Below are positions 46,990-58,811 of a stretch of DNA of 64,000 nucleotides, one piece after another. The notes under the pieces were generated by a model. The model was not told the origin of the DNA and ran no database searches. It was given only the letters and a program-made list of their open reading frames with translations. The stretch covers positions 176 to 64,175 of the forward strand of contig CANHGT010000001.1 of the NCBI GenBank assembly GCA_947460385.1, written 5' to 3'. The stretch comes from Alphaproteobacteria bacterium. Lineage in GTDB: Bacteria > Pseudomonadota > Alphaproteobacteria > WRAU01 > Hepatincolaceae. The position numbers and the translations under genes are program-made. Position 1 is the stretch's first letter. Each line of letters starts with the position of its first letter.

Positions 46990-47661
46990 ATGAGCGAACA
47001 TATTGTAAAATCTTATGATGATGATTTAAGTACATTAAAACAACAAATCGTACAGATGGTAGGTCTGTGTTTAAAACAGATCAACAATGTATACAGTGCC
47101 ATTGGTACTCACGATAAAGAATTAAGTGGAAAAATCTTAGAAAGCGATAAGAAGCTGAATGAACTAGACAAAAATATTACCTTATTAAGTTTAAATATTA
47201 TGAGTTTAAGAAATCCTGTAGCTTTTGATTTACGCTTTGTTTTTGCAGCTAGCCATATTTCTCGTAATTTAGAACGCATTGGCGATAATACCATCAATAT
47301 TGCTAAATATATTCAACAAACTGATGATAGCAGTAAATCTATTGATGCTAAAATTATGCAAATAGTACATCATGCTTCAGAAATGCTACATGGTTGTTTG
47401 CAAGCTTTAGAAAACAATGATAGCCATTTAGCTAAAAAAATTATTAATAAAGATTTATTAATAGATGAATTACATTATGAAGTTAGCCAATTAACGCTTT
47501 CTAAAATGCAAGATCAACCAAGCAGAATACATTATTTACATAGCTATTTACTAATAGGACGCTATTTAGAACGTATCGGCGATCATATTGTCAATGTGTG
47601 TAAATATTTATTATTTATTGAAAGCAGTCAATTAGTTTTTGATGACGATGATCCTAATTAA
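46990..47661 (+). CDS. phoU: Phosphate signalling regulator PhoU
   Basis: Two PhoU repeats, each carrying ERIGD (LERIGDNTINIAKY and LERIGDHIVNVCKY). ATG at 46990 preferred over the upstream TTG at 46978. Confidence 0.9.
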   Translation: MSEHIVKSYDDDLSTLKQQIVQMVGLCLKQINNVYSAIGTHDKELSGKILESDKKLNELDKNITLLSLNIMSLRNPVAFDLRFVFAASHISRNLERIGDNTINIAKYIQQTDDSSKSIDAKIMQIVHHASEMLHGCLQALENNDSHLAKKIINKDLLIDELHYEVSQLTLSKMQDQPSRIHYLHSYLLIGRYLERIGDHIVNVCKYLLFIESSQLVFDDDDPN

Positions 47662-47699
47662 AAAATAAATTTACATAGGCAAAAAAAGGAGAAATAAAA

Positions 47700-49079
47700 A
47701 TGAATACAGATATGAAACCACGTTACGGGCTTGTAACCTCACTATGCATGGTGGTTGGTTCGGTGATTGGAACAGGCATATTCTTACGCTCGGGAAAAAT
47801 GTCTTTAGCTGCAGGCGGTGATACTACTGCAATCATTTTAGCTTGGATTATTGGGGCAATAATGATTATTCCAATTGCTACAATTATTTCAGAAGTAGCA
47901 AGCATGACAACTGAAAGCGGTGGACCACAAGTATATGCTGAAAAAACTATTAGTAAAAGATTTGGTTTTGCTGTAGGTTGGTCGCAATCATTCTTTTATT
48001 TGCCAGCTATGGTATCTATGATATTATGGCTAGTGGCAGAGTACACTTTAAAAATCGCCAAATTAGAGCATCTAGGGGTACCGGGAACAATTTATTTAGC
48101 ATCATTTTACGGCACTGCTTTATTTTTAATTAATATGTTATCTCCTAAATCAGGTGGTACTATTCAAGTTGTTTCAACATTTATTAAAGTTATACCACTT
48201 GTAGGTGTTACTATTTTAGGATTACTTTATTTTGGAGATAAAATTGATGTGATTGGTAGCCCAGAATTACTTAATCAATTAAATATGAATGCTGATTCTT
48301 CATTTATAACAAAAGTAGCATCTATTTTACCTCCTGTGATTTTTTCTCTTGATGGCTGGATTATTATTTGTATTGTAACCAAAGAAATTATAAACCCGAA
48401 TAGAAATATTCCATTATCTGTAGTTGGTGGCTTATCTGTGGTATCTATTTTGTATTTACTATTTACTATTGCATCGTTTAATGTAGCATCATCAGTATCA
48501 CTTGGTACAGAAGGATCATCAACCATTGATATTGCAAAACATCTCTTCGGAGATTTCTTTGGTAGCTTATTAAATATATTTGTAGTAATTTCAGCAATTG
48601 GAGTTGCAAATTCCAAAATTATAGCCATCATTAGGGCTCCATATTCTTTAACTAAGAATAAAACGTTTATAGGCTCTAATTTTTTATCTAAGCTACAAGG
48701 TAAAAATGATATGCCAATTCATTCAGGCATTGTTGCATTATTATTTGTGTTGGCGTATTTACTCATACCTTTTTTTCTTAATAAGGTAAATGGTGGTGAG
48801 ATTTATGGTTTTTTTATTGATACCGCCCTATTACTATTCTTTGCTTATTATTCATTAATATGCTTTGGAGTATTTAGAATGCGTAAAACCCAGCCTAATG
48901 CATATAGACCATTTAAAGCACCATTCATAATGTTATTACTAATAATTTCCTTTATGGGCTGTGGTTTTGGCATATATGGGCTAATTACTGCTTATGCTTT
49001 ATTACCTGTGGTAATATTTTTAGTTTGTTCATTATCGGGCTTTGTTTTTTATAGCTTTGTAACAGATTCTAATAAATAA
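47700..49079 (+). CDS. APC-superfamily amino acid/polyamine permease
   Basis: 459-aa, roughly 12-TM protein. The N-terminal segment VVGSVIGTGIFLRSG is typical of APC transporters. Substrate unknown. Confidence 0.75.
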   Translation: MNTDMKPRYGLVTSLCMVVGSVIGTGIFLRSGKMSLAAGGDTTAIILAWIIGAIMIIPIATIISEVASMTTESGGPQVYAEKTISKRFGFAVGWSQSFFYLPAMVSMILWLVAEYTLKIAKLEHLGVPGTIYLASFYGTALFLINMLSPKSGGTIQVVSTFIKVIPLVGVTILGLLYFGDKIDVIGSPELLNQLNMNADSSFITKVASILPPVIFSLDGWIIICIVTKEIINPNRNIPLSVVGGLSVVSILYLLFTIASFNVASSVSLGTEGSSTIDIAKHLFGDFFGSLLNIFVVISAIGVANSKIIAIIRAPYSLTKNKTFIGSNFLSKLQGKNDMPIHSGIVALLFVLAYLLIPFFLNKVNGGEIYGFFIDTALLLFFAYYSLICFGVFRMRKTQPNAYRPFKAPFIMLLLIISFMGCGFGIYGLITAYALLPVVIFLVCSLSGFVFYSFVTDSNK

Positions 49080-49129
49080 GGGTTTTATATAATTAATGTT
49101 AATTCTTTCATTTGTAGAAGGTAAACACT

Positions 49130-49521
49130 ATGAATGAAAGAATAACAGACAATTTAGTTCATACTATTATTCGTGATTTTGCTATCAATATGATTATACA
49201 GTAATAATTGTTAGAACATTATTGCTTTATACTAATAAATTTGACTTAAATAAGTATATAGGATTTTATATATGTAGCTTATTAAGAATGAATAAATATA
49301 AATATACTTACGGTAGAGTATTATCAGGAGATAGAATTAAGTTAGAAAGAATTATTTTACCAGTAGCTGAAAATGGTAATCCAGATTGGCAGTTTATGGA
49401 AAATTATATTAAATCTTTACCATATAGTAAAAATCTAGAAAATAAGGCTACATTAAATAAATTATTTGTACTTTCTATTTTGTTTTTCAATCTAAAAGTA
49501 TTATTGTATCTAAAGTCATAG
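49130..49521 (+). pseudogene. Probable gene remnants (short broken reading frames), family unassigned
   Basis: A 24-codon ORF (49130-49204, MNERITDNLVHTIIRDF...) is followed by a 99-codon TTG-initiated frame (49222-49521) ending in low-complexity hydrophobic residues. There is no RBS context, and about 0.9 kb of ORF-free DNA follows. Confidence 0.35.
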
Positions 49522-50370
49522 ACTTGATATATAAAACAAATGTAGCTAATGTTCTTGTGCTATAATATTATATTTAACTACATTACAAAGTCATTGTGGC
49601 TAGAAAATACTATACAATCATAATAACGATTAATTATTCAATCGGCATAGAGCTTTTAAAACCTTTTGATCTACTCCAATGCCAGTATTTGCCTACAACA
49701 TAAATATTGGTTGATTTACGCTACACTTGGCTACTAACCATAACCTTCCCATCTGTTTTTTTATTCCAAATACCATTTTGCCACGAACTTCATTGTATAA
49801 AAAATATAATCCATATAGGTAAACAATGCCAAATGTAGTAATAGTATTAAAACTTGTTAGTAAATAATTTTCCTACATTTATTAAAATAATTGTTTATTG
49901 TTAATCTCCTCATCCTAGTAATTTAATTGTATTTGTTTCAGTAATATATAAGCTAAAATACTTCATTACTTCAATGCCTTGCCGAGCAATATGACTATAC
50001 TTTTATAATTGTTGTTAGTTGTATGTAATATGGGTTATTGCCTTTTTCTATAAAGATATCTAAAGCCTTAATATATTGCTCTAAAAAGATTATAATGCCA
50101 CTTATAGGGCAACTATCTAGCAATATAATATAGTAAATAACAATAGGGAGCCTTAATTATTAAGCACCTACTTTGTGCCAAATTCAAAACAAAATAATCA
50201 AACTGATATAATACTAGTGTGGGTAGAATAATCTAAATAAGATTTATTTATAATCTAATATAAGTGAAATATCAATGAAAGTTTAAGATTAACTGTATAG
50301 GAATAGTAAATTTTCTATATTCTTATAAATAAAAAAAGTTTTACCATTATAAAACTAGATATATACATAT

Positions 50371-50408
50371 ATAAAATAAAAAAAGCATTTTACTTTACAG
50401 TAAAATAC
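50371..50408 (-). terminator. Rho-independent terminator of the rpoA-rplQ (alpha) operon
   Basis: Minus-strand RNA would read GUAUUUUACU-GUAA-AGUAAAAUGC (10-bp stem with one G-U pair and a tetraloop) followed by UUUUUUUAUUUU. It lies about 50 nt after the rplQ stop. Confidence 0.7.
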
Positions 50409-50458
50409 TTTTTATAAATAGCAAATTAAATAAACATTTCTATAGTTTATTAGAAAAA

Positions 50459-50884
50459 TTAATTTTCTTCTTGTTCTTTTTCTTTTTTCACTAAGAATTC
50501 TCTATCTTTTAAACCTTTAGCATTGATATCTCTATCTATTAATTCAATAATACTCATTGTAGCATTATCGCCTTTACGAAAACCATTTTTTAAAACTCTA
50601 GTATAACCACCATTTCTTTCTTTATAACGTGGTGCTAATACTGCAAATAATTTAGCTACGGCTTCATCATGCCTCAACAAGGCAAAAGCTAATCTACGAT
50701 GAGATAAACCACCTTTTTTACCAAGGGTAATTAGCTTATCAAAATATTTTTTTAACTCTTTAGTCTTAGGCAAAGTGGACTGAATTTGCTCATTAAAAAT
50801 CAAAGAAATTGACATATTTTTAAATAAAGCCTTTCTTTCGCTTGTTGTTCTACCTAACTTTCTACCTTTTATCCCATGTCTCAT
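50459..50884 (-). CDS. rplQ: 50S ribosomal protein L17
   Basis: [25 protein letters not shown]-terminus. Follows rpoA. Confidence 0.97.
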   Translation of the reverse strand: MRHGIKGRKLGRTTSERKALFKNMSISLIFNEQIQSTLPKTKELKKYFDKLITLGKKGGLSHRRLAFALLRHDEAVAKLFAVLAPRYKERNGGYTRVLKNGFRKGDNATMSIIELIDRDINAKGLKDREFLVKKEKEQEEN

Positions 50885-50950
50885 ATTTTAACCTTAAATC
50901 CTTAATATATTTTTTAAGTTATAATGTTTTTATCTTAGAAAAACAAAAAA

Positions 50951-51976
50951 TTAATATTTATCTTCATACTTTTTAATAAGTTCCTCTATGTTAGCAGGAG
51001 GCCAACCCTCTATTTGCATTCCTAAATGCAAATTCATTTTGTTTAATAAATCCTTAATTTCATTTAAAGACTTTCTACCAAAATTAGGAGTTCTTAACAT
51101 GTCAATTTCAGTTCTTTGAACTAAGTCTCCAACATATAAGATATTATCATTTTTTAAACAATTAGCAGATCTAACAGAAAACTCTAATTCATCTACTTTT
51201 TTTAATAAATTTTTATCAAAAGGTAACTTAGCAACTTCTTCTTTTACTACCTTAACTTCTTCAACTGGTACTACAAAGTTAACAAAACTTGATAGTTGTT
51301 CTTGCAAAATTTTAGCAGAAAAAGCCACTGCATCTTCAGGTGAAATAGCTCCATTAGTTTCTACTTCTAAAAATAATTGATCATAATCAGTAATTTGACC
51401 AACCCTAGAATTTTCTACATAATATTTTACTCTTTCTACAGGAGAAAATAAAGCATCAATTAAAATCAATCCCATTTCTTTATCTACAACCGTACGAGAT
51501 TCAACCGAAGAATATCCTTTACCTATTTCAATATTAAGCATCATCTCAAAATCTTGATCATTTGTAACATTACAAATGATTAAATCTTTATTTAAAATCT
51601 CAATATTATGATCTTCAATAATATCTTTAGCAGTTACCACACATGGTCCTTTCACTTTAATATAAACAGCGGTAGGATTGAAAGTGCTAGATTTAATTTT
51701 AACATTCTTAACATTAAGAATTATATCAGTTACATCTTCAACTATACCAGGAACTGCAGAAAATTCATGTGAAACACCCTTAATTTTTATTGAGGTAACG
51801 GCTCCACCACGCAAGGAAGATAATAAAACTCTTCTTAAAGAATTACCGATAGTAACACCAAAACCTCTTTCTAAGGGACCAACCGAAAGTTTAGCCTTCT
51901 TAACAACATCAGAATCTTGATGAACTAACTCTACTTTATTAGGCTTAATTAAACTGTTCCAATTTTTTTCTAACAA
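50951..51976 (-). CDS. rpoA: DNA-directed RNA polymerase subunit alpha
   Basis: N-terminal domain ([22 protein letters not shown]) and C-terminal domain ([13 protein letters not shown]...VGDLV). 341 aa. Confidence 0.97.
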   Translation of the reverse strand: MLEKNWNSLIKPNKVELVHQDSDVVKKAKLSVGPLERGFGVTIGNSLRRVLLSSLRGGAVTSIKIKGVSHEFSAVPGIVEDVTDIILNVKNVKIKSSTFNPTAVYIKVKGPCVVTAKDIIEDHNIEILNKDLIICNVTNDQDFEMMLNIEIGKGYSSVESRTVVDKEMGLILIDALFSPVERVKYYVENSRVGQITDYDQLFLEVETNGAISPEDAVAFSAKILQEQLSSFVNFVVPVEEVKVVKEEVAKLPFDKNLLKKVDELEFSVRSANCLKNDNILYVGDLVQRTEIDMLRTPNFGRKSLNEIKDLLNKMNLHLGMQIEGWPPANIEELIKKYEDKY

Positions 51977-52039
51977 ATCTAACCTCGATTACTTGATCTT
52001 ATTTTACTTTACTAAATTAAAAAATAAAATATTTATTTA

Positions 52040-52435
52040 TTAAATTCTTCTTCTTTTACTAGGTCTACAACCATTATGAGGTATATAAGTTACATCTTTA
52101 ATTGAAGTAACTACCAACCCTGCAGATTGTAAAACTCTAATAGCAGATTCTCTACCTGTTCCAGGACCTCTAACACAAACAGAAACAAATTTCAAGCCAT
52201 GTTCCATTGCTTTATCAGCTGCATACTTTGCTACACTTTGTGCAGCATAAGGAGTAGACTTACGAGACCCTTTAAACCCTTGTTGCCCTGATGAAGACCA
52301 AGAAATTGTATTGCCGTAGACATCTGTAATTGTAACTATTGTATTATTAAAGCTAGAAGAGACATGAACAACACCTGTAACAATATTTTTCTTTTCTCTT
52401 TTTTTTAGCTTTTGTTTATCTGCATTTTTAGCCAT
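52040..52435 (-). CDS. rpsK: 30S ribosomal protein S11
   Basis: [18 protein letters not shown]...[14 protein letters not shown]. Canonical order. Confidence 0.97.
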   Translation of the reverse strand: MAKNADKQKLKKREKKNIVTGVVHVSSSFNNTIVTITDVYGNTISWSSSGQQGFKGSRKSTPYAAQSVAKYAADKAMEHGLKFVSVCVRGPGTGRESAIRVLQSAGLVVTSIKDVTYIPHNGCRPSKRRRI

Positions 52436-52451
52436 ATTTAGTACCTTTTAC

Positions 52452-52823
52452 TTAGCTTGTTTTTTTACCAGCTATTGCTACAGCTGGACCTTTTCTTGTT
52501 CTTGCATTAGTATGAGTTCTTTGCCCTCTAACTGGCAAATTTTTTCTATGTCTTAAACCTCTATAACAGCCTAAATCCATTAGACGCTTAATATTCATAT
52601 AGACAATTCTCTTTAAATCACCTTCAACAGTATGATCTCTATCTATAACCTCTCTCAGCTTTGCTACATCTTCTTCACTTAAAGCATGTACTCTAGATCC
52701 AATTTTTACTCCTGCCTTCTCACAAATATCAAATGCAGTCTTTTGACCTATTCCATATATATATGTTAGAGAAATTTCTATTTTTTTTGAACTTGGAATA
52801 TTAACCCCTGCTATACGAGCCAA
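52452..52823 (-). CDS. rpsM: 30S ribosomal protein S13
   Basis: [10 protein letters not shown]...LTYIYGIG...[25 protein letters not shown]. Confidence 0.97.
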   Translation of the reverse strand: MARIAGVNIPSSKKIEISLTYIYGIGQKTAFDICEKAGVKIGSRVHALSEEDVAKLREVIDRDHTVEGDLKRIVYMNIKRLMDLGCYRGLRHRKNLPVRGQRTHTNARTRKGPAVAIAGKKTS

Positions 52824-52906
52824 ATTTATTCTCCTTTATAATTTATTACAATAAAAAACACTTACATTCTACTAGAAAATAGTGTTAATGTCAACAAAAT
52901 AAATAA

Positions 52907-53560
52907 CTAAACACTACCTATTATATCAGATAGTATTTTTTTACAACTTTCGCCATCTAAATCACCTTTAATGGTGTGCGATCTTTTCTTATCTTTATAA
53001 TAAGATAAAACTGGAACAGATTGTTCATGATATGTTTTTAATCTAGATTTAACTGTATCTAACTTATCATCTGTTCTACGATTTAAATTTTTTCCACCAC
53101 ACTTATCACAAATTCCAGTCTCTTTAGTCGGTAAAAAATAATCGTTATATATAGAATTACAATCACTACATGAATATCTACCCAAAATTCTATGAACAAT
53201 TATTTCATCAGAAATATCTATTTCTATAACTTTATAATCAAGGAATTTAAAATTAGAAAAAATATCATCTAATAATTTAGCCTGATTAAGTGTTCTAGGA
53301 TAACCATCTAAAATAAACCCATTAGAACAATCATCTTTAAGTATTCTTTGTTTAATTAAATTATTCATAATATCGTCATCAACCAGAGAACCTTGATCTA
53401 AAAGATTTTTTATTTCAATACCAAGCTTTGTTTTTAATTCAACCTCAGACCTTAGAATATCTCCAGTAGAAATATGAGCTATATTATATAAGTCTTTAAG
53501 TATTTTAGATTGAGTACCCTTGCCACTGCCAGGAGCACCCATAATTATAATTATTTTCAT
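52907..53560 (-). CDS. adk: Adenylate kinase
   Basis: P-loop GAPGSGKGTQ. Zinc lid CSDC...CDKCGG. Overlaps the secY end by 4 nt. Confidence 0.95.
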   Translation of the reverse strand: MKIIIIMGAPGSGKGTQSKILKDLYNIAHISTGDILRSEVELKTKLGIEIKNLLDQGSLVDDDIMNNLIKQRILKDDCSNGFILDGYPRTLNQAKLLDDIFSNFKFLDYKVIEIDISDEIIVHRILGRYSCSDCNSIYNDYFLPTKETGICDKCGGKNLNRRTDDKLDTVKSRLKTYHEQSVPVLSYYKDKKRSHTIKGDLDGESCKKILSDIIGSV

Positions 53561-54891
53561 TTTCTACCAATTTTAGCTTTTTTAAGAATATTTGCATACT
53601 GAGTTGTCATTAAATGAGACTGAACTTGGGTTATAGTATCTATTGTTACAGAAACTATAATCAACAAACTTGTCCCTCCAAAATAAAACGGTATAGACAT
53701 CTTTGAAATTAAAAATTCTGGTAGCAAGCAAACCATCACTAAATAGATGGATCCAATTACTGTTAGCCTATTTAATATACGCAACAAATAAGTAGATGTG
53801 TCATTACCAGGTCTTACACCTAATATAATGCCACCATGATTTTTTAAATTATCTGCAGTTTCTTTCGCATTAAACACTATAGAAACATAGAAAAATGCAA
53901 AAAACACAATTAATCCAGCATATATAATCATATAAAATGGTTGTCCCCTACCTAAATATACGCCTAACTGACTAACAAAAGAGTTAGAAGTAGAGAAAAA
54001 TCCAAGCAAAGTAGAAGGAACTAATAATAAAGAACTAGCAAAAATAGGCGGAATAACTCCTGCGTTATTAATTTTCAGAGGTAAGTATGAAGTATCACCA
54101 CCTGAACGCTGATTTAAACCTATTTGCCTACTAGGATATTTTACAGTTATTTTTCTTTGTGCGGTCTCCATAAAAACTATTCCGTAAATAACTAAGAACA
54201 CCATTACAATTATAGAAACTATTGCTAAAGCAGATAAACTACCTTTTTCACCCATTGTAAATAGAGTAGCTACGGCAAATGGTAAATTAGATACTATGCC
54301 AGCAAAAATAATCAAAGATACTCCGTTACCTATTCCTCTTTCAGTGATTTTTTCACCCATCCATAAAACAAAAAAGGTTCCAGAGGTTAATGTTAAGGCT
54401 GTCATTATTCTAAAAAACCAACCATATTCAAAAACAGCCTTACCTAAGCTTGTTTGCATATTTTCTAAGCCTACAGCAATACCAACTCCTTGAATAAAAC
54501 AAACTATAAAAGTTAAATATCTTGTATATTGATTAATTTGTTTACGACCAGAATCTCCTTCTTTTTTTAATTCGGCTAAAGTAGAAGAAACTATTGTAAA
54601 CAACTGCATCATAATTGAAGCTGTTATATAGGGAATAATATTTAATGCAAATATAGTCATTCTTCCTAGAGCACCGCCAGAAAAAAGATCAAACATTCCC
54701 AAAATTCCTTGAGAATTATTTGACATAAAGTCTTTTAAAACTAAAGGATTAACTCCGGGTAAAGGTATATAAGTTCCTAAACGATAAACTAACAATATGC
54801 CTAAAGTAAACACAATTCTATTCTTTAACTCTGAAGCTTTAGACCAAATACTAGACGTATTACCTAAATTATTTGCTAATCCCTTAGACAT
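53557..54891 (-). CDS. secY: Preprotein translocase subunit SecY
   Basis: 10-TM protein with typical SecY segments (FALNIIPYITASIMMQL, GIGNGVSLIIFAGIV). Sits between rplO and adk. Confidence 0.97.
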   Translation of the reverse strand: MSKGLANNLGNTSSIWSKASELKNRIVFTLGILLVYRLGTYIPLPGVNPLVLKDFMSNNSQGILGMFDLFSGGALGRMTIFALNIIPYITASIMMQLFTIVSSTLAELKKEGDSGRKQINQYTRYLTFIVCFIQGVGIAVGLENMQTSLGKAVFEYGWFFRIMTALTLTSGTFFVLWMGEKITERGIGNGVSLIIFAGIVSNLPFAVATLFTMGEKGSLSALAIVSIIVMVFLVIYGIVFMETAQRKITVKYPSRQIGLNQRSGGDTSYLPLKINNAGVIPPIFASSLLLVPSTLLGFFSTSNSFVSQLGVYLGRGQPFYMIIYAGLIVFFAFFYVSIVFNAKETADNLKNHGGIILGVRPGNDTSTYLLRILNRLTVIGSIYLVMVCLLPEFLISKMSIPFYFGGTSLLIIVSVTIDTITQVQSHLMTTQYANILKKAKIGRK

Positions 54892-54923
54892 ATTTTGTAA
54901 ATCTCTTTTTTTTATATTTATAA

Positions 54924-55418
54924 CTAAAATGATTTAGGTTTATTAACAAATTGAGCAATTTTTATAATCTCAACATTTCCACCTTTAGCATTAACACTTT
55001 CTAATGCTTTCTCAGAAATACCATGAACCTTAAATTTTACAGGTTGATCTAATTCGCCTTTAGCTAACACTCTAATTCCATCATAATTTCCTCTTATTAT
55101 GCCGTTACTTTTTAATAACTCATAAGTAACAACATCGCTAACTGACAATTTTCCAACCTTGAGCAACTCAGAAACAACAGATAAATTTAATACAAAAAAA
55201 TTCTTCTTAAAAATGTTAGTAAATCCACGCTTAGGCAATCTTCTATATATAGGATTTTGACCGCCTTCAAAACCTAATCTAACTTTTCCAGAACCACGAG
55301 ATTTTTGCCCTTTTTGACCTTTGCCCGATGTCTTACCTAAGCCAGAACCTATCCCTCTACCTACTACTTTTGAACTATGAGTAGCTCCTACATTATCACG
55401 AATACTATTTAATTTCAT
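54924..55418 (-). CDS. rplO: 50S ribosomal protein L15
   Basis: Gly/Lys-rich N-terminal region GRGIGSGLGKTSGKGQKGQKSR. Canonical order. Confidence 0.95.
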   Translation of the reverse strand: MKLNSIRDNVGATHSSKVVGRGIGSGLGKTSGKGQKGQKSRGSGKVRLGFEGGQNPIYRRLPKRGFTNIFKKNFFVLNLSVVSELLKVGKLSVSDVVTYELLKSNGIIRGNYDGIRVLAKGELDQPVKFKVHGISEKALESVNAKGGNVEIIKIAQFVNKPKSF

Positions 55419-55436
55419 TTATACACCTACAATGAT

Positions 55437-55625
55437 TTATATTACTTTAACTAAGTGAGCAACTTTTCTTACCATGCCTCTAATAGAATTCGTATCTTCT
55501 AATACAACTTCTTTATTCATCTTAGTTAAACCTAAGCCAATCAAAGTTCTTTTTTGATCTTCAGGTTTTCTAATTGCACTTTTAACTAGTTTTAATTTAA
55601 TTGTACCATTTTCTTTATTTAACAT
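55437..55625 (-). CDS. rpmD: 50S ribosomal protein L30
   Basis: 62 aa. KLKLVKSAI...[10 protein letters not shown]...[14 protein letters not shown]. Confidence 0.93.
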   Translation of the reverse strand: MLNKENGTIKLKLVKSAIRKPEDQKRTLIGLGLTKMNKEVVLEDTNSIRGMVRKVAHLVKVI

Positions 55626-55665
55626 AACCTATTTCTCTCTTTTACTTAAAGTAAACACATTGTAA

Positions 55666-56250
55666 TTATTCAACAGAAGAATTATCCGTATTATTATTTT
55701 CAACAATTCTCTTGGCTAAAATTTCTGATACTTTTTTTCCTCTTTTGTTAGCTACTGAGCGTGGAGAAACAGTTTCTTTTAATCCAGCCACTGTAGCTCT
55801 AATTAAATTATGAGGATTAGTACTACCAATAGATTTAGCAACAACATCTTGAATACCTATCGCTTCAAATACTGCTCTCATAGCACCCCCTGCTATAACT
55901 CCTGTACCTGGCTTAGCAGTTCTCATAACTACTCTACCTGCTCCAAACTTGGCAACTATATCGTGATGTAAAGTTCTTCCCTCTTTCATTGGAATATGTA
56001 TCATTGAACTTTTAGCTGATGCAGTTGCTTTTACCACCGCATCAGGAACTTCTCTAGCTTTAGCAGAACCAAAACCTATTTTCCCCTTACCATCGCCTAC
56101 AACAACCAAAGCTGCAAAAGCAAACCTTCTACCACCTTTAACTACTTTAGCTACACGGTTTACGTGAACAAGCTTTTCAATAAAATCATTTTTATCTTTA
56201 GAATCTTTTCTTTTTCTACTTACATTTTCTTTGGTTGTTGACATTTTCAC
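55666..56250 (-). CDS. rpsE: 30S ribosomal protein S5
   Basis: [27 protein letters not shown] and [13 protein letters not shown] motifs. Confidence 0.97.
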   Translation of the reverse strand: MKMSTTKENVSRKRKDSKDKNDFIEKLVHVNRVAKVVKGGRRFAFAALVVVGDGKGKIGFGSAKAREVPDAVVKATASAKSSMIHIPMKEGRTLHHDIVAKFGAGRVVMRTAKPGTGVIAGGAMRAVFEAIGIQDVVAKSIGSTNPHNLIRATVAGLKETVSPRSVANKRGKKVSEILAKRIVENNNTDNSSVE

Positions 56251-56260
56251 AAATAACTCC

Positions 56261-56635
56261 TTAAAATTTTAATCCACTTTCTCTTGCTGCATCAGCTAAA
56301 CTCTTAATTTTTCCATGATACAAACGACCACCTCTATCAAAAACTACTTCAGATATACCTTTTGCAATTAAACGCTGTGCAACACTTTTTCCAATTATTT
56401 CTGCCGCCATCTTGTTAGATGTTTTACTTAATGAAGAACGTAATTCTTTATCTAAAGTAGAAGATGATGCCAAAGTAATTCCTTGAACATCGTCTATAAC
56501 CTGTGCATATATATGTAAGTTAGATACAAAAACACAAAGCCTTGGCTTATTATTTTCTTTCTTAAGTTTATATCTGATTCTTTTTTGACGTCTTAAAAAA
56601 TTTGTTTTAATCTTATTATTTGTACTTCTTAACAT
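56261..56635 (-). CDS. rplR: 50S ribosomal protein L18
   Basis: [17 protein letters not shown]...[28 protein letters not shown]. Confidence 0.97.
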   Translation of the reverse strand: MLRSTNNKIKTNFLRRQKRIRYKLKKENNKPRLCVFVSNLHIYAQVIDDVQGITLASSSTLDKELRSSLSKTSNKMAAEIIGKSVAQRLIAKGISEVVFDRGGRLYHGKIKSLADAARESGLKF

Positions 56636-56636
56636 T

Positions 56637-57170
56637 TTATTTTTTCTTACCTTCTTTACGCAAAATTACTTCATTATCATATTTAATTCCTTTACCTTTA
56701 AAAGGTTCAGGCTTTTTAAAAGATCTAATTTGAGCTGCCACAAAACCAACTTCTTGTTTATTAATGCTAGATACACTAATATGAGTAGGATCAGAACAAA
56801 CTACTTGAACAGATGAAGGTATTTCATATAAAACTTCGTGAGAAAAGCCTAAATTTAAAAGCAATTTATCACTTTTCATAGATGACTTATAACCAACACC
56901 ATTTATCTCTAAGTTCCTCTTAAAACCCTCAGAAACACCTACAACCATATTATTTATTAAAGCCCTTATAGTACCCCATAAAGATCTAGCATTCTTTGTA
57001 CTGTCCAATGGAGATACTATAATACTATTATTTTCATAAACAACACCTATGCAAGAAGGTATATCTAAACTTAATTTACCTTTTGAGCCAACAACTTCAA
57101 TTTTACCATCAGCAATAGTAGCAGATACACCGCTTTTTAATACTATTGGATACTTACCAACTCTAGACAT
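56637..57170 (-). CDS. rplF: 50S ribosomal protein L6
   Basis: MSRVGKYPI start chosen (the ORF is open 12 nt further upstream). [12 protein letters not shown] near the C-terminus. Confidence 0.95.
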   Translation of the reverse strand: MSRVGKYPIVLKSGVSATIADGKIEVVGSKGKLSLDIPSCIGVVYENNSIIVSPLDSTKNARSLWGTIRALINNMVVGVSEGFKRNLEINGVGYKSSMKSDKLLLNLGFSHEVLYEIPSSVQVVCSDPTHISVSSINKQEVGFVAAQIRSFKKPEPFKGKGIKYDNEVILRKEGKKK

Positions 57171-57188
57171 ATTTATCTCCAAGTTTAA

Positions 57189-57578
57189 TTAAAATACAGA
57201 GCATATAACTTCACCACCAATATTCTGCGATCTTGCTTCAGAATCAGACAAAATACCCTTAGAAGTAGTTAAAATAGATACTCCCAAACCATTATTAACA
57301 AGCTTTAAATCATTAATACCTGTATACAGTCTACGACTAGACTTTGAAACCCTAGAAATAGAAGTAATTGTAGGAGATCCGTTGTAATACTTTAAAACAA
57401 CGTTAATTAATTTAACTCCAGATCTGATTTCTTCTTCTTTAAAACTCTTGATATAACCTTCCCTTTCTAAAACAGACAAAATTCCAACGTTTTGCTTTGA
57501 ATGTACAACAGAAACTTCTTCTTTTGCAGCCATCAAACCATTTCTTATTCTAGTTATCATATCACTAATTATGTCCAT
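57189..57578 (-). CDS. rpsH: 30S ribosomal protein S8
   Basis: MDIISDMITRIRNG start chosen (the ORF is open 15 nt upstream, which would overlap rpsN). Ends GGEVICSVF. Confidence 0.95.
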   Translation of the reverse strand: MDIISDMITRIRNGLMAAKEEVSVVHSKQNVGILSVLEREGYIKSFKEEEIRSGVKLINVVLKYYNGSPTITSISRVSKSSRRLYTGINDLKLVNNGLGVSILTTSKGILSDSEARSQNIGGEVICSVF

Positions 57579-57586
57579 TTTTCCTC

Positions 57587-57892
57587 CTACCAACTAGCCT
57601 TAATTACACCAGGAATCTGCCCCTTAGAAGCTAACTCACGAAATTTATGTCTACACAACATAAATTGTTGATAATTACCTCTAGGTCTACCTGTTAACTC
57701 ACATCTAACTCTATATCTGTCAGGAGATGAATTTCTAGGTAATTTAGCTAATTTTAATCTTGCTAAAAACCTTTCATCGTCTGGAATAGACGTATCATTG
57801 GCAGTTAATTTTAATTTATCTCTTCTATTTTTATACTGAGCAATCATTTTAGCTCTTTTGTTATTTCTTTCAATGGCACTTACTTTAGACAT
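57587..57892 (-). CDS. rpsN: 30S ribosomal protein S14 (long form)
   Basis: 101 aa. [17 protein letters not shown]...[11 protein letters not shown]. Confidence 0.97.
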   Translation of the reverse strand: MSKVSAIERNNKRAKMIAQYKNRRDKLKLTANDTSIPDDERFLARLKLAKLPRNSSPDRYRVRCELTGRPRGNYQQFMLCRHKFRELASKGQIPGVIKASW

Positions 57893-57930
57893 ACCATTAA
57901 TCTCCTATTGATTAAATTGTTTACATTATT

Positions 57931-58470
57931 TTATTTGTTAAAAGGCATCATAAACTCTTGCAACAACGCCTTGGCTTCATCGTTTGTTTTAGCTGTAGTA
58001 CAAAAAGTAATATTCATTCCCCTGATTTTATCGACTTTGTTATAATCAACCTCTGGAAAAACTATTTGTTCTTTTAATCCCATAGAATAATTACCATTGC
58101 CATCAAAACCTTTAGCACTTAAACCCCTAAAATCTCTGACTCTAGGCAAAGCTACGTTAACAAATCTATCTAAAAACTCATACATTCTATCTTTACGCAG
58201 GGTTACTTTACAGCCTATAGGCATATTCTCTCTTAATTTAAAAGCTGCAATAGCTTTTTTAGAAAGACAAACAATAGGTTTTTGACCAGATATAGCAGTT
58301 AACTCTTGATAAGGAAAATCTATTTTTTTCTTATCAAGTGCAGCTTCACCAACTCCAATATTAATAACTATTTTTGTAACCTTAGGAACTTCCATAATGT
58401 TATCATAATTAAACTTTTCAACTAAAGATTTTATTACTTTTTCTTTATAATAAGTTAACAAACGCGCCAT
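57931..58470 (-). CDS. rplE: 50S ribosomal protein L5
   Basis: [16 protein letters not shown]...[29 protein letters not shown]. Confidence 0.97.
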   Translation of the reverse strand: MARLLTYYKEKVIKSLVEKFNYDNIMEVPKVTKIVINIGVGEAALDKKKIDFPYQELTAISGQKPIVCLSKKAIAAFKLRENMPIGCKVTLRKDRMYEFLDRFVNVALPRVRDFRGLSAKGFDGNGNYSMGLKEQIVFPEVDYNKVDKIRGMNITFCTTAKTNDEAKALLQEFMMPFNK

Positions 58471-58493
58471 TTTATTCTCTCTTACTTCACTAA

Positions 58494-58811
58494 CTAATTT
58501 AAAACAGACCCAGAAAGCTTAGCAAATCTAACTTTCTCACCATTTTCTATTTTATAACCAATTTTTGTAGGCTTAGACATCTTAGGGTCTAAAAAAGCTA
58601 CATTAGATATATCAACAGGAAGATACTTATCAAGTATTCCGCCCTCTGAGTCTCTACTAGGCTTAACATGTTTTTTATTTAAGTTAACACCTTGAACTAG
58701 AACTTTTTGAGTTTTTGGATAAACAAATAAAACCTCACCAATTTTCTTCTTATCTTTACCAGCAACAACTATAACATTATCACCTTTTTTTATCTTACAT
58801 TTTATATTCAT
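58494..58811 (-). CDS. rplX: 50S ribosomal protein L24
   Basis: [25 protein letters not shown] motif. Canonical order. Confidence 0.95.
   Translation of the reverse strand: MNIKCKIKKGDNVIVVAGKDKKKIGEVLFVYPKTQKVLVQGVNLNKKHVKPSRDSEGGILDKYLPVDISNVAFLDPKMSKPTKIGYKIENGEKVRFAKLSGSVLN

Noticed and set aside
49222-49521. 99-aa ORF as an intact functional gene
   Set aside because: It has a TTG start without an RBS, the N-terminal part looks truncated, and the C-terminal 25 residues are hydrophobic read-through. It lies in a region with other broken frames. It is better explained as a gene remnant.
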